Shown piece by piece: positions 10,139-17,859 of a stretch of 20,000 bases of DNA. Every line of letters starts with the position of its first letter. Positions within the stretch are counted from its first letter, which is position 1. The notes under the pieces were generated by a model, which made no database searches, was not told where the DNA came from, and worked only from the letters and a program-made list of their open reading frames with translations. This DNA comes from an uncultured virus (IMG/VR IMGVR_UViG_3300018019_000008). Taxonomy: Duplodnaviria; Heunggongvirae; Uroviricota; Caudoviricetes. Position numbers and translations under genes: made by a program. The stretch lies in the IMG/VR virus record IMGVR_UViG_3300018019_000008; one strand, given 5' to 3'.

Positions 10139-10826
10139 TTTCGTGTTTTTCTTCTACTCTATACCACGGGCAACCGTTAGTACCAGCACTACGTTTTCTC
10201 ATTGGACGATAAGGACACCACTTGCATTCTATTCGTTTAGGTTGTAACATTTCTGGTTTTTTCTGTTCTACTGCATCGAGTATTGTGCCCACTTGATAAA
10301 TGGCACCATCGAGAAATAATTGACGTTCTTCTTTATTCATGCTAATTTCCCAGACCGACATGCTGAAACTTATAACGTTGAAAACCATTAGGTAACCTAA
10401 ATCAACATCGAGAACGCCCATTGCGATTCCCAATTGTTCAATCCATTCCTGTGGAATGTCTGCTTTACTATAGATTTTTTTACGGGTTGTTTTTGACTCA
10501 ATTGGATAACGTATCTTCGAACCGCTTTCTACGCCATAAATGGCATCTATAGTGACTGCAATTCCATGAAGGTCATGCTGTTCTTCTTGAGCGTCAAAGT
10601 TTTTATGAAGAGCAATGTGAGCTAAAGTTCCAATGAGCAAAATGCCTACGTTTTGGCTATCATAAATAGCATTAATCAGTCCAGTTAACCGCCAATATCC
10701 TTTCAAAGGACAAGCTATAGCGTCAGACCGATGCATACCGCCTCGTTGTTTTTGGTCATGGCTGAAATCCCTCATAATAATCTCAGCAAATTTTTGGACC
10801 ATTTCGGATTTATGTTCTATTTTCAT
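10131..10826 (-). CDS. Cas4-like PD-(D/E)XK nuclease (solo, viral type)
   Basis: N-terminal CPLK, GTLAH, TIDAI...IESKT, QL, and C-terminal CKWCPY...C: RecB-like motifs with four potential Fe-S cysteines. AGGTGA RBS. Confidence 0.75.
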   Translation of the reverse strand: MKIEHKSEMVQKFAEIIMRDFSHDQKQRGGMHRSDAIACPLKGYWRLTGLINAIYDSQNVGILLIGTLAHIALHKNFDAQEEQHDLHGIAVTIDAIYGVESGSKIRYPIESKTTRKKIYSKADIPQEWIEQLGIAMGVLDVDLGYLMVFNVISFSMSVWEISMNKEERQLFLDGAIYQVGTILDAVEQKKPEMLQPKRIECKWCPYRPMRKRSAGTNGCPWYRVEEKHEIS

Positions 10827-10914
10827 GTATTTTCACCTTACAATCATAACAAAGATTATCTTCCCAATCGGTAACAGTTCCGCCGCAACCTAAGCATATA
10901 TGAGCTTCTACCAC
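10810..10914 (-). CDS. Small Zn-finger protein (34 aa)
   Basis: GTG start gives MVEAHICLGCGGTVTDWEDNLCYDCKVKIHENRT*. Two CxxC motifs; it fills the gap between the terminase and Cas4-like genes with short overlaps. Confidence 0.5.
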   Translation of the reverse strand: MVEAHICLGCGGTVTDWEDNLCYDCKVKIHENRT

Positions 10915-12521
10915 AGATTCGCACCGCTTTCTTTAACTTGAGAGAATGGACTACCTTCGCCATTGTCAACTTCATCATAATAGCTGATAGCATAAATCAT
11001 TGCATCCGCCGAGTGGTCATCTTGCTTGCGGATTTTACCAGTTTCATCATAGGTTAAGTTTCTAAGGCTTCGCATCAAATCCTCGTTATCTTCATGTCTT
11101 GGAATCCGTAGTTTATGACGCTCGACATATTTCTTGAGAGTAGCAACATATTTATACTTCTCATTTCCGCCTTCCGCGCCCGTAAATAATTCATGAACAC
11201 CAGCTTCAACCCGTTCGGCGAGCCAGCCATTAAGTGCCCATTCTCGCGGGTCAGGACGAATAACTTCAACTTGCCATCTGGTAGCAAGTTCAACCGCTAA
11301 GTCTAACTTTTCTTGGTCTGTTAAACCAATGGTCTCATGGGCTTCCAATACGAAAACCCAATCTCTAAATTGACCGAGAACAACATAAGCAGTAGGGCTT
11401 CCTCTGCCCCAATCTATACCTAATACTCGGTTATGAACGTATTCGTTTAATGCCGCCATTGTGTCTGTTGGCAAATCGTCCATTTTCATTCCTTCCTGAA
11501 GTAAAACTCTTTGTAGAAGTTCAAGGCATTTTCCAGCTTCGTATGGACGGCATTCATCACACGCGGCTTTGCAGAATGCAACACCTAAATCTGCTGGGTT
11601 AAAGACCAGACCAGATGATGTGTTAATACCACCGAGAGCTTCAACTAACCATTCAGAGTTAGAACACTTCTTTCTAAGAATCTCAATATTTAAGTCTGGC
11701 ATCCACGGAACATTTGACTTCCAATGTTTCGGGTTTGTGTCTTCGTAAATCTTATATGGGTCTGTTTCATCAGTAACGCCAGCGTCATTAACATGTCTGG
11801 CGATTGCCCATTGATAACGTTTATAGCCTAACTTTTCTGCATCATTCCAAGTTATCAAGAAATCTCCGTGAATAAAGTGCGCTGTTGAACTTTGAATAAT
11901 GTGTATATCTGGGCTTGTAGAAACTTCCCAAATTGCTGATTTAATAAACTTTCCGCCACCAGCTTCTTCACCAGCCGCTTGTTCATCTATAATTAAGTCA
12001 TAAGTGTGTGGACCTCGAACTGAAGTTCCTGAGCAAGCATGAAATTTAGCTTCTCCCTCAGAGAACGTAGTTGTTGTTTTTTGAATGTTCTTTAAAGTGT
12101 AACCTTCTAAGACCGTGTTATTCCGAATCCAGCCTTGAATATAAGACGCAATTTTGTCTGACTGCTCTTGAGAACCACCCATACATGAAATGCTGTACAT
12201 GTCGTGAGTAAATATTCGCCACATAATATAGATGGCTAAAACGAAAGTCTTACCTGAGCCACGCCCAGCCGAAATGATTACAAGTCTAACGCCATGAAAT
12301 GCTAAGTCTTCTAAAAATTCTTTCTGTCCATCTGAAAGAACAAGAGGACCGCCTGTATTCGGGTCTGTTCTTAAAATTTGATAAGCGAATTTTACTGGTC
12401 CCTCAACCTTCCAAAATTCACGCCATTTTCTATAATCTTCAAGCTCTATGATGTCTTTCTTCTTGAATTTCTGAAGTAACTCAGTTTCCTTATCGAACAT
12501 TCCCTTCGGGAACTTAGCCAC
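10908..12521 (-). CDS. terL: Terminase large subunit
   Basis: LSDGQ Q-motif, Walker A SAGRGSGKT, Walker B LIIDE, motif III SSTA, and RNase H-like nuclease motifs LGIDWG and DDHSADAMIYA. Confidence 0.93.
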   Translation of the reverse strand: MAKFPKGMFDKETELLQKFKKKDIIELEDYRKWREFWKVEGPVKFAYQILRTDPNTGGPLVLSDGQKEFLEDLAFHGVRLVIISAGRGSGKTFVLAIYIMWRIFTHDMYSISCMGGSQEQSDKIASYIQGWIRNNTVLEGYTLKNIQKTTTTFSEGEAKFHACSGTSVRGPHTYDLIIDEQAAGEEAGGGKFIKSAIWEVSTSPDIHIIQSSTAHFIHGDFLITWNDAEKLGYKRYQWAIARHVNDAGVTDETDPYKIYEDTNPKHWKSNVPWMPDLNIEILRKKCSNSEWLVEALGGINTSSGLVFNPADLGVAFCKAACDECRPYEAGKCLELLQRVLLQEGMKMDDLPTDTMAALNEYVHNRVLGIDWGRGSPTAYVVLGQFRDWVFVLEAHETIGLTDQEKLDLAVELATRWQVEVIRPDPREWALNGWLAERVEAGVHELFTGAEGGNEKYKYVATLKKYVERHKLRIPRHEDNEDLMRSLRNLTYDETGKIRKQDDHSADAMIYAISYYDEVDNGEGSPFSQVKESGANLW

Positions 12522-12879
12522 ACTCCTTATTTATGTATCGTTTTATCCAGTTACAATTTGAACAAAGTAATTGATAATCCTTTGAACCAACTTTAATTTT
12601 TCTTATAACCATTCCATAAAAACTATATCTGTTTTTATGTTCTCTTAATTCTCTTACTCCACCGCCATTTACGTGGTCAATTTGAAGACATCGTGTATCG
12701 TTTAAAAAATCGCCGTGATTCAAGTTATATGGATTAGAACATTTGCCACCAAGTAATTGAATTATTATTTGTCGTCTTTTTCGAATCATTTTTTTGTTAC
12801 GTTCAGAATTTCCTCTAAGACGTTCTTCACGATGCCTCAAATAGTAATCGTGATTGATAGTAGTTTTTTCTTTCGACAT
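12514..12879 (-). CDS. HNH-like endonuclease adjacent to the terminase
   Basis: LQIDHVNGGG...YQLLCSNCNWIKR; overlaps the terL start; paralog of 6781..7164. Confidence 0.8.
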   Translation of the reverse strand: MSKEKTTINHDYYLRHREERLRGNSERNKKMIRKRRQIIIQLLGGKCSNPYNLNHGDFLNDTRCLQIDHVNGGGVRELREHKNRYSFYGMVIRKIKVGSKDYQLLCSNCNWIKRYINKECG

Positions 12880-12884
12880 ATAGA

Positions 12885-13358
12885 TTACTTCGATGGATTT
12901 TTCAACATAGCAAGATATAGTCTCAATTCGGACTCTTCATGCATAGCAAACTTTGAAAGTAAACGTCTATCTCCAAGAGCTTTTTGTCTGACTCGATATA
13001 TAGCACTAACTTTTGCAATATCGAGCTTATCCTGACAAGCATCAAAGTCTTTCTTGGCATCATCCATGATTTTTTGGATTTCATCATCTATTTTTTCCAC
13101 AGATAAAACACGGTCTGTTCGGGCTTTATGGATTCTATCAAGAAGTTCTTGAATTCTCTTCTCGTCACTTGGCAATTCCTCTCGGATGAGCTTCTGTAAA
13201 CCTTCCTGTGAAAAATGAATTTCAATATCATTCGTGTCGTCAGTTGCTATCAATGGCTTACCGTCCGCGTCAGTTAGGTTTGCTACGAGAATAATATCTT
13301 TTGTATTCGCGTCTTTTCTATATGCTTTTATGTGTGCAAATTGCATTCTAACATCCAC
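12885..13358 (-). CDS. Hypothetical helical protein, possibly terminase small subunit (position only)
   Basis: 157 aa with a coiled-coil-like C-terminal half. First gene of the terL operon, behind the promoter at 13387-13403. Confidence 0.45.
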   Translation of the reverse strand: MDVRMQFAHIKAYRKDANTKDIILVANLTDADGKPLIATDDTNDIEIHFSQEGLQKLIREELPSDEKRIQELLDRIHKARTDRVLSVEKIDDEIQKIMDDAKKDFDACQDKLDIAKVSAIYRVRQKALGDRRLLSKFAMHEESELRLYLAMLKNPSK

Positions 13359-13386
13359 TTCTGAATAGTAATAAGTGTACAGACCC

Positions 13387-13403
13387 CTATTTAAATCTTA
13401 TGG
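13387..13403 (-). promoter_or_regulatory. BRE+TATA promoter of the terminase operon
   Basis: CCATAAGATTTAAATAG, identical to 9617-9633. Confidence 0.8.
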
Positions 13404-13513
13404 TAAATGTAATACGAAGGCTAAAAATTATACGTTTTTTGTTATTCCCAATGGATAGATTTAAATACCGCGATTCACTTTTAGCTAATCATTAACAAGA
13501 AGAAAGTGATAAT

Positions 13514-13999
13514 ATGGTAGGTGGAACTTCATATACTAGTCCTCTAACTGGCGCGGTGTACGGACCGTTCCGATGCGTAAACATGGTCATACAAATTGTT
13601 GGACCAACAAATACTTTTACAGTCGGTGTTGTTGAAGGTGCAGACATAACCATAGGATACAAAGGCGGACCTGAACCAATTTATGGAACAAGAATACCAG
13701 TACAATCGGCTGGTAGCTTTGAAGTAACTTTTAGTCTAACCAGATGGTACTTCGCGGACGATACCCAAAGAGACCTATTATTGAACTTGATGGAAGGAGA
13801 AATAAACTTCTCAATGAGCGGCAGTCTATATGACGCAAGCGGCAATGCAATCGCAAACTCAACTATAACGATAACAGGTTGCAGAATCTACAAATACAGA
13901 CCAAGAACAAGTGGAGCAGATGACATAATTGGTGAAGAAGCAAGCGGCTCAGGAACAAATTGGGACATATCGGGATTCATCCAAGAAAGTACGCCATAA
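13514..13999 (+). CDS. Tail tube (major tail) protein-like
   Basis: 161-aa beta-rich protein with a tube-like pattern (VGVVEGADITI...EPIYG...GSFEVTFSLTRW...TITITGCRI...DIIGEEASG). Own TATA box at about 13459-13467. Confidence 0.65.
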   Translation: MVGGTSYTSPLTGAVYGPFRCVNMVIQIVGPTNTFTVGVVEGADITIGYKGGPEPIYGTRIPVQSAGSFEVTFSLTRWYFADDTQRDLLLNLMEGEINFSMSGSLYDASGNAIANSTITITGCRIYKYRPRTSGADDIIGEEASGSGTNWDISGFIQESTP

Positions 14000-14019
14000 G
14001 ACGGAAATTTCCTTAATTT

Positions 14020-14226
14020 TTATTCTTTTTTTAGGATACCCGCTAAATATAAAATCTCTAAATATTCGTTGGCAACACGTACCGAGACACTTTCCTCATA
14101 ACAGAAAAGTGCAATTATTTCTTTATCCGATTTGTTTTCTTTTTCTTTCATCATCTTAGCTAGTTTGTTAATTCGAGCATGACGGTCAGACGAGCCTTTG
14201 CGTAAAGGCGGATATAAGCCACTCAT
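14020..14226 (-). CDS. Small HTH/winged-helix-like protein
   Basis: SDKEIIALFCYEESVSVRVANEYLEILYLAGIL resembles an HTH/wHTH; last gene of the dUTPase operon. Confidence 0.5.
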   Translation of the reverse strand: MSGLYPPLRKGSSDRHARINKLAKMMKEKENKSDKEIIALFCYEESVSVRVANEYLEILYLAGILKKE

Positions 14227-14312
14227 TTTCTCATTTTTCCTATTTTAATACATGCGTAACAAATTGCAAAATAGACAGAAAGCCCAATTATCTGCTCAAT
14301 CCAGATAGCCAT
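14223..14312 (-). CDS. Small membrane peptide (29 aa)
   Basis: MAIWIEQIIGLSVYFAICYACIKIGKMRK*. It abuts the dUTPase stop (TGAATG) and overlaps the next start (ATGA). Confidence 0.5.
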   Translation of the reverse strand: MAIWIEQIIGLSVYFAICYACIKIGKMRK

Positions 14313-14645
14313 TCAATAGTTTGTCTCCTGTCTTTTATAGTTCTCGGCGAGTTTAGTCTTGTAGGCTTCGAATAATTCTTCAACAGTTACATTATCTTCA
14401 AGCATGAGAAGCATAAAGAAATGAAAAACATCAACCATTTCTCCTACACGTTTTTCCCTTGTTGGAAGCGGTTTCTTAGACCACCATTTGAATGTTTTAC
14501 CGTTAGCGGCTTCTTGTTCTGCCATTAGTTCGACAGCTTCAACCATCATGGCTACGCTCACGAGAAACTTGGTGAAATCAAATCGGTCCTTAAATTTTTC
14601 TTGAAATTCATTTTGCAATCTCAACATTTCTTCAAATTTATCCAT
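14313..14645 (-). CDS. Dimeric (all-alpha) dUTPase / MazG-like NTP pyrophosphatase
   Basis: MLRLQNEFQ, VEAVEL, FKWWSKK, EMVDVFHF and YKTKLAENYKRQETNY match the dUTPase_2 pattern. Confidence 0.85.
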   Translation of the reverse strand: MDKFEEMLRLQNEFQEKFKDRFDFTKFLVSVAMMVEAVELMAEQEAANGKTFKWWSKKPLPTREKRVGEMVDVFHFFMLLMLEDNVTVEELFEAYKTKLAENYKRQETNY

Positions 14646-14675
14646 TTAATCGCCTACAAAACAATGTTTAAAGAG

Positions 14676-14692
14676 CTATATAAACGTTACGG
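14676..14692 (-). promoter_or_regulatory. BRE+TATA promoter of the dUTPase operon
   Basis: CCGTAACGTTTATATAG. Confidence 0.75.
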
Positions 14693-14965
14693 TGTCACGG
14701 AAACCTATCAGCACCCTACTTTCAAGCAAAGGACATAGGCTTATTTTGCTCGCCACGAGTCATTTCTGTAGCCTATTTCTCTGTGGCACCATTCGATGCT
14801 TCATCTGGGATTCAGACCATGACTATGAATATCACGGCTGGCGTTTCAGAGGGCAAAGCTGGCTAGGTACTGCCCTTAAAACTCGTCAGTTAGGCTTTCC
14901 CTAGTAGCGTATGCCCTCTCACTACCAACCAATGACTACGATGTTTCTCAGCCAGATATTTCCTA

Positions 14966-15027
14966 CGGCGGGGGCTGGATTCGAACCCGCTTTCCACCTG
15001 AGTCCTTGCCACATGAACGACCCTACC
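14966..15027 (-). ncRNA. tRNA-like element lacking the anticodon arm
   Basis: Acceptor GGTAGGG/CCCCGCC, D-arm GTTC-ATGTGGCAA-GGAC, T-arm GCGGG-TTCGAAT-CCAGC. Only 11 nt lie between the D and T arms; no CCA. Confidence 0.6.
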
Positions 15028-15054
15028 CTCGGAATCTGGCTTTGACTATGATTG

Positions 15055-15109
15055 ATGGGTTGAGGGGGGTCCCGCTCCATTGGTAATGGGTTGAGGCACC
15101 CCCGCTCCA
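15055..15109. repeat. Imperfect tandem direct repeat ATGGGTTGAGG-N4/5-CCCGCTCCA (2 copies)
   Basis: Copies at 15055-15079 and 15086-15109. Confidence 0.85.
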
Positions 15110-15456
15110 CCGTTCCTATGGAGTTGCTAACTGTGTATTCCACGCGGTTCATGCCTTAGATGTTCGGCTTGTCTGTGGTACACGGTGCGCCTTATAGGTT
15201 TTCCAGACCATCACGGCAACTCCCACCTGTTTTCTTTAATAGTTTACCAGCATCCTTAACCGAATACGAGAGTTAGTTCACGGTTATTCCCTAACCCACA
15301 TCGCTTCGGGGAACGCTGGCGAGTATGATAGACGCAAACAAGGTAGGCTCGCTACTCCACGAGGGAGTGTACATCATTGCTTTCAACTCTGAATACACTA
15401 TAAGGCGTATCCTTCGAGTTGACCCGCTTGCTAAGTATAGTATAATATAAGTTCTC

Positions 15457-15473
15457 CTATATAAACTTTATGG
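15457..15473 (-). promoter_or_regulatory. BRE+TATA promoter pointing into the non-coding region
   Basis: CCATAAAGTTTATATAG with no ORF downstream. Confidence 0.75.
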
Positions 15474-15914
15474 CACAATTTCCATATACAATTCAGGATG
15501 ATGAACAGGGCAAAATTGGACTTTACTTTGTCCTTTAGCTGTGTTACAATTAGAACACATTATTTGAAACCCATCTGGGTAATTATTATTCTTAAGCCAT
15601 TGATAAAAATTGCCTTTTCCTATTTCTTTTCTTTGTTTTGTTCCGCCGCCTTCTATATGGTCTATAGTTAAAAATCTAACTTCTAATTCACCACAACAAA
15701 CACATTCTCCACCATAATGTTTAAGAACTTCTATCTTATCTTTTATTCTTCTTAATCTTTGTTTTCTTATTTTAGAAATATAAGCACATTTTTCTGAACA
15801 ATATGTAAGTTTAGAAACTTGATTAATTTCATTTTCTACCTTGCTAAGTATTACTCCCTTTACTTGAACTGTTTCAAATTGCTTTTTACAAATTGGGCAT
15901 ATCTTTATTTTCAT
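15468..15914 (-). CDS. HNH-like endonuclease with N-terminal Zn finger
   Basis: CPIC...YCSEKC; CVCC...LTIDHIEGGG...FQIMCSNCN. The start is placed at ATG 15914 (MKIKICPIC) because the promoter at 15971-15987 is very close to the track's 15950 start. Confidence 0.8.
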   Translation of the reverse strand: MKIKICPICKKQFETVQVKGVILSKVENEINQVSKLTYCSEKCAYISKIRKQRLRRIKDKIEVLKHYGGECVCCGELEVRFLTIDHIEGGGTKQRKEIGKGNFYQWLKNNNYPDGFQIMCSNCNTAKGQSKVQFCPVHHPELYMEIVP

Positions 15915-15970
15915 AATCTCACTTTGCTTCTTTAAATGAAGCATTCGCATTAGAATAAATAGGGGAACTA

Positions 15971-15987
15971 ATATTTAAATCTTATGG
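15971..15987 (-). promoter_or_regulatory. BRE+TATA promoter
   Basis: CCATAAGATTTAAATAT. Confidence 0.75.
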
Positions 15988-16001
15988 TAGAATCATCATG
16001 C

Positions 16002-16334
16002 TCATATTTTTCGGTCATTGTGAGCTTGACATTCAGAGCAATACCCTTTCTTGTTGATTATCTTGTATCTTCCGCACCGTTCGCATTTCTCTGCTTCTTC
16101 TGGCAATTTAACCCAAGCGGTCCAAGTAGCGAAAACTGCAACTGTCTCATATTTGCTTCCTTCAAAGTTCTGAGCTTCTTCTTTAGTCATGTTCTTAGGT
16201 CGAACTTTCTCTTTCAAAAGCACAAGTTTATTGCGTCCATCACTCATAACGTTAGAGTTGTCTTTGACGGCATCGCATTCATACATATATGTAAAATGAG
16301 TATTGTCCTTATCTACGATTATCTCTACTTTCAT
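16002..16334 (-). CDS. Hypothetical protein with C-terminal Zn finger
   Basis: CERC...YCSEC; GGTGGTGA RBS; promoter at 16385-16401. Confidence 0.7.
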   Translation of the reverse strand: MKVEIIVDKDNTHFTYMYECDAVKDNSNVMSDGRNKLVLLKEKVRPKNMTKEEAQNFEGSKYETVAVFATWTAWVKLPEEAEKCERCGRYKIINKKGYCSECQAHNDRKI

Positions 16335-16384
16335 ACTATCACCACCTTGCTACTACTACAACAATAAAAGAAAATAGGGAACTA

Positions 16385-16401
16385 CTATATAAACTTTACG
16401 G
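16385..16401 (-). promoter_or_regulatory. BRE+TATA promoter
   Basis: CCGTAAAGTTTATATAG. Confidence 0.75.
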
Positions 16402-16405
16402 TTAA

Positions 16406-16792
16406 TTATAATTCGTCTTTATCAACTGTTTCGCCTTGTGCTGTCAAATTGTTAGCCTTGATAATATAATCAAAATATCCAAAAAATGAACCGTCAGTTT
16501 TATTTACCCTTTTTCGTAATAAAACTAAATCTACTGGCATATTTTCCATAAGAGCTTTTTGGAGTATTTCAACTACACCAAATGTTTGGTTTTCATTTCG
16601 TAGAGATTCTGCTGATTTATGATTAAATTTTATTTCCCAATCACTTCTTAAGATGGAAGCAAATTTATGTCCTTTTGTTCTTTCATCTATATAATCTACG
16701 TTTGCAATCTCTATAAGGGTAGTATGTCTGCAATCTACAGAGATAATTTTAGCTGTTACTCGTTCTAATTGTTTTCTTCCCAATCCAATCAC
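16406..16792 (-). CDS. Hypothetical protein
   Basis: 128-aa ORF with promoter at 16850-16866 and an AGGTAGGTGA RBS-like element. The start may be the TTG at 16783. Confidence 0.6.
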   Translation of the reverse strand: MIGLGRKQLERVTAKIISVDCRHTTLIEIANVDYIDERTKGHKFASILRSDWEIKFNHKSAESLRNENQTFGVVEILQKALMENMPVDLVLLRKRVNKTDGSFFGYFDYIIKANNLTAQGETVDKDEL

Positions 16793-16849
16793 CTACCTTT
16801 TCCAATCCAATCCAATGTACCGAAGTACAATAAAGAAAAAGAGAAACTA

Positions 16850-16866
16850 GTATTTAAATGTTATGG
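16850..16866 (-). promoter_or_regulatory. BRE+TATA promoter
   Basis: CCATAACATTTAAATAC. Confidence 0.75.
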
Positions 16867-16904
16867 AACGGGAAGACCCCTGACCTTTAATGTTGAGGGT
16901 CATC

Positions 16905-17111
16905 TCAACGGGTTGTGGTCTTCACCGCTCCATTACAGTAGTAACAGTTATCTGTTGGTTCGAGATGTTCATTTCCTCTATGGTGTTGGTGATGCCGCCC
17001 TTTGTTAGGTTTTCGGCTCATTGGTCCATAGTTATATCGGAAGAATATTCTTCCGCATCGTTGACATTTTACTTTGATGTTTGCTCCCATATGACGCACC
17101 GTCCTACCCAT
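16905..17111 (-). CDS. Small Zn-ribbon protein
   Basis: CQRC...CYYC with a His-rich linker; co-oriented with its neighbours. Confidence 0.55.
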   Translation of the reverse strand: MGRTVRHMGANIKVKCQRCGRIFFRYNYGPMSRKPNKGRHHQHHRGNEHLEPTDNCYYCNGAVKTTTR

Positions 17112-17176
17112 GAACTGTCAACCCGCGCCAAACGAGCGACATGGTTCAACTACCGATTAATGGGTATTATGGGCTG

Positions 17177-17389
17177 TCATTTGGTTGACTCCTTGATACG
17201 CTTTATTTCTGAGGGAGATTGGTCGTTATTTTGAGTAATTAATTCTTTTTCGTCAGGTCCAACACCTAATCCAGCAGATATACTGCATTGTTGATTCATT
17301 GCTCGCCAAAGGTCTTCGCTAGAACGGTCAGGGGGGTTAATAGGAACTTCTTTTCTAGTCGGGTCTCGTTTATTTTCAAAGAAAGACAT
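17177..17389 (-). CDS. Hypothetical protein
   Basis: 70 aa; AGGTGA RBS overlapping the upstream stop. Confidence 0.55.
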   Translation of the reverse strand: MSFFENKRDPTRKEVPINPPDRSSEDLWRAMNQQCSISAGLGVGPDEKELITQNNDQSPSEIKRIKESTK

Positions 17390-17397
17390 ATTATCAC

Positions 17398-17697
17398 CTA
17401 TGGTCTCGGCGAAGCGTGTTCTCCCGCTTGTGAAACTGGTTCTGGCGGTTCATACTTTGCCACTTGTGCTTCAAGGTCTTTTATCCTAGCAAGATGAGAT
17501 TTGATTTCATTATTTTTGTTATCAAGCATGTAAATCTGGTTTTTAATAGTGTCATTTTGACTATTAATGATAACCTGTTGGTTAGAAATAGCGTCTGCTT
17601 GAACTTTAAAAAGCGGAACAATCATATTTACTAAATCTTGTTTATGTTGTTCTACCAATGCCTGAATTTGAGCTTGAATATCGTTTACGTTAGGCAT
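17398..17697 (-). CDS. Coiled-coil protein
   Basis: Gln/Asn-rich heptads. The start is likely ATG 17697 (MPNVND) given the promoter at 17727-17743. Confidence 0.65.
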   Translation of the reverse strand: MPNVNDIQAQIQALVEQHKQDLVNMIVPLFKVQADAISNQQVIINSQNDTIKNQIYMLDNKNNEIKSHLARIKDLEAQVAKYEPPEPVSQAGEHASPRP

Positions 17698-17726
17698 AGT
17701 ATCCCCATTATACAATGGTCAAACAC

Positions 17727-17743
17727 CTATTTAAACTTTATGG
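17727..17743 (-). promoter_or_regulatory. BRE+TATA promoter
   Basis: CCATAAAGTTTAAATAG. Confidence 0.75.
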
Positions 17744-17759
17744 TTAATCAACTGATTAA
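17744..17759. promoter_or_regulatory. Palindromic operator-like site (copy 3)
   Basis: TTAATCAACTGATTAA abutting the BRE at 17743, between divergent promoters. Confidence 0.65.
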
Positions 17760-17815
17760 ATAAGTGTCAGTTCATGTTTGTGAACTTTGTGATTTTGACA
17801 AGCATGGAGATTATA

Positions 17816-17832
17816 CCATAACATTTATATAG
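17816..17832 (+). promoter_or_regulatory. BRE+TATA promoter of the RNA/tRNA cluster
   Basis: CCATAACATTTATATAG. Confidence 0.75.
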
Positions 17833-17859
17833 GAGACTGCTATTATAACTAACACACTT

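Larger units (their letters stand above)
14700..15432 (-). ncRNA. Candidate large structured non-coding RNA (about 730 nt)
   Basis: GC-richer region with no credible ORF, directly downstream of a consensus promoter (15457-15473). Contains several long-range complementary segments and a tRNA-like module. Confidence 0.55.

Noticed and set aside
14835..14905. Hammerhead ribozyme-like core (CTGACGA...GAAAC on the minus strand)
   Set aside because: No proper stem II closing pair and no complementary stem III with an NUH cleavage triplet. The segment folds better as a simple long hairpin.
15055..15109. Mini-CRISPR array
   Set aside because: Only two imperfect copies separated by 6 nt, with no spacer-length sequence.
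14692..15152. Track ORFs 14692..14904 (+) and 14922..15152 (-)
   Set aside because: No RBS, atypical composition, and they overlap structured RNA elements.
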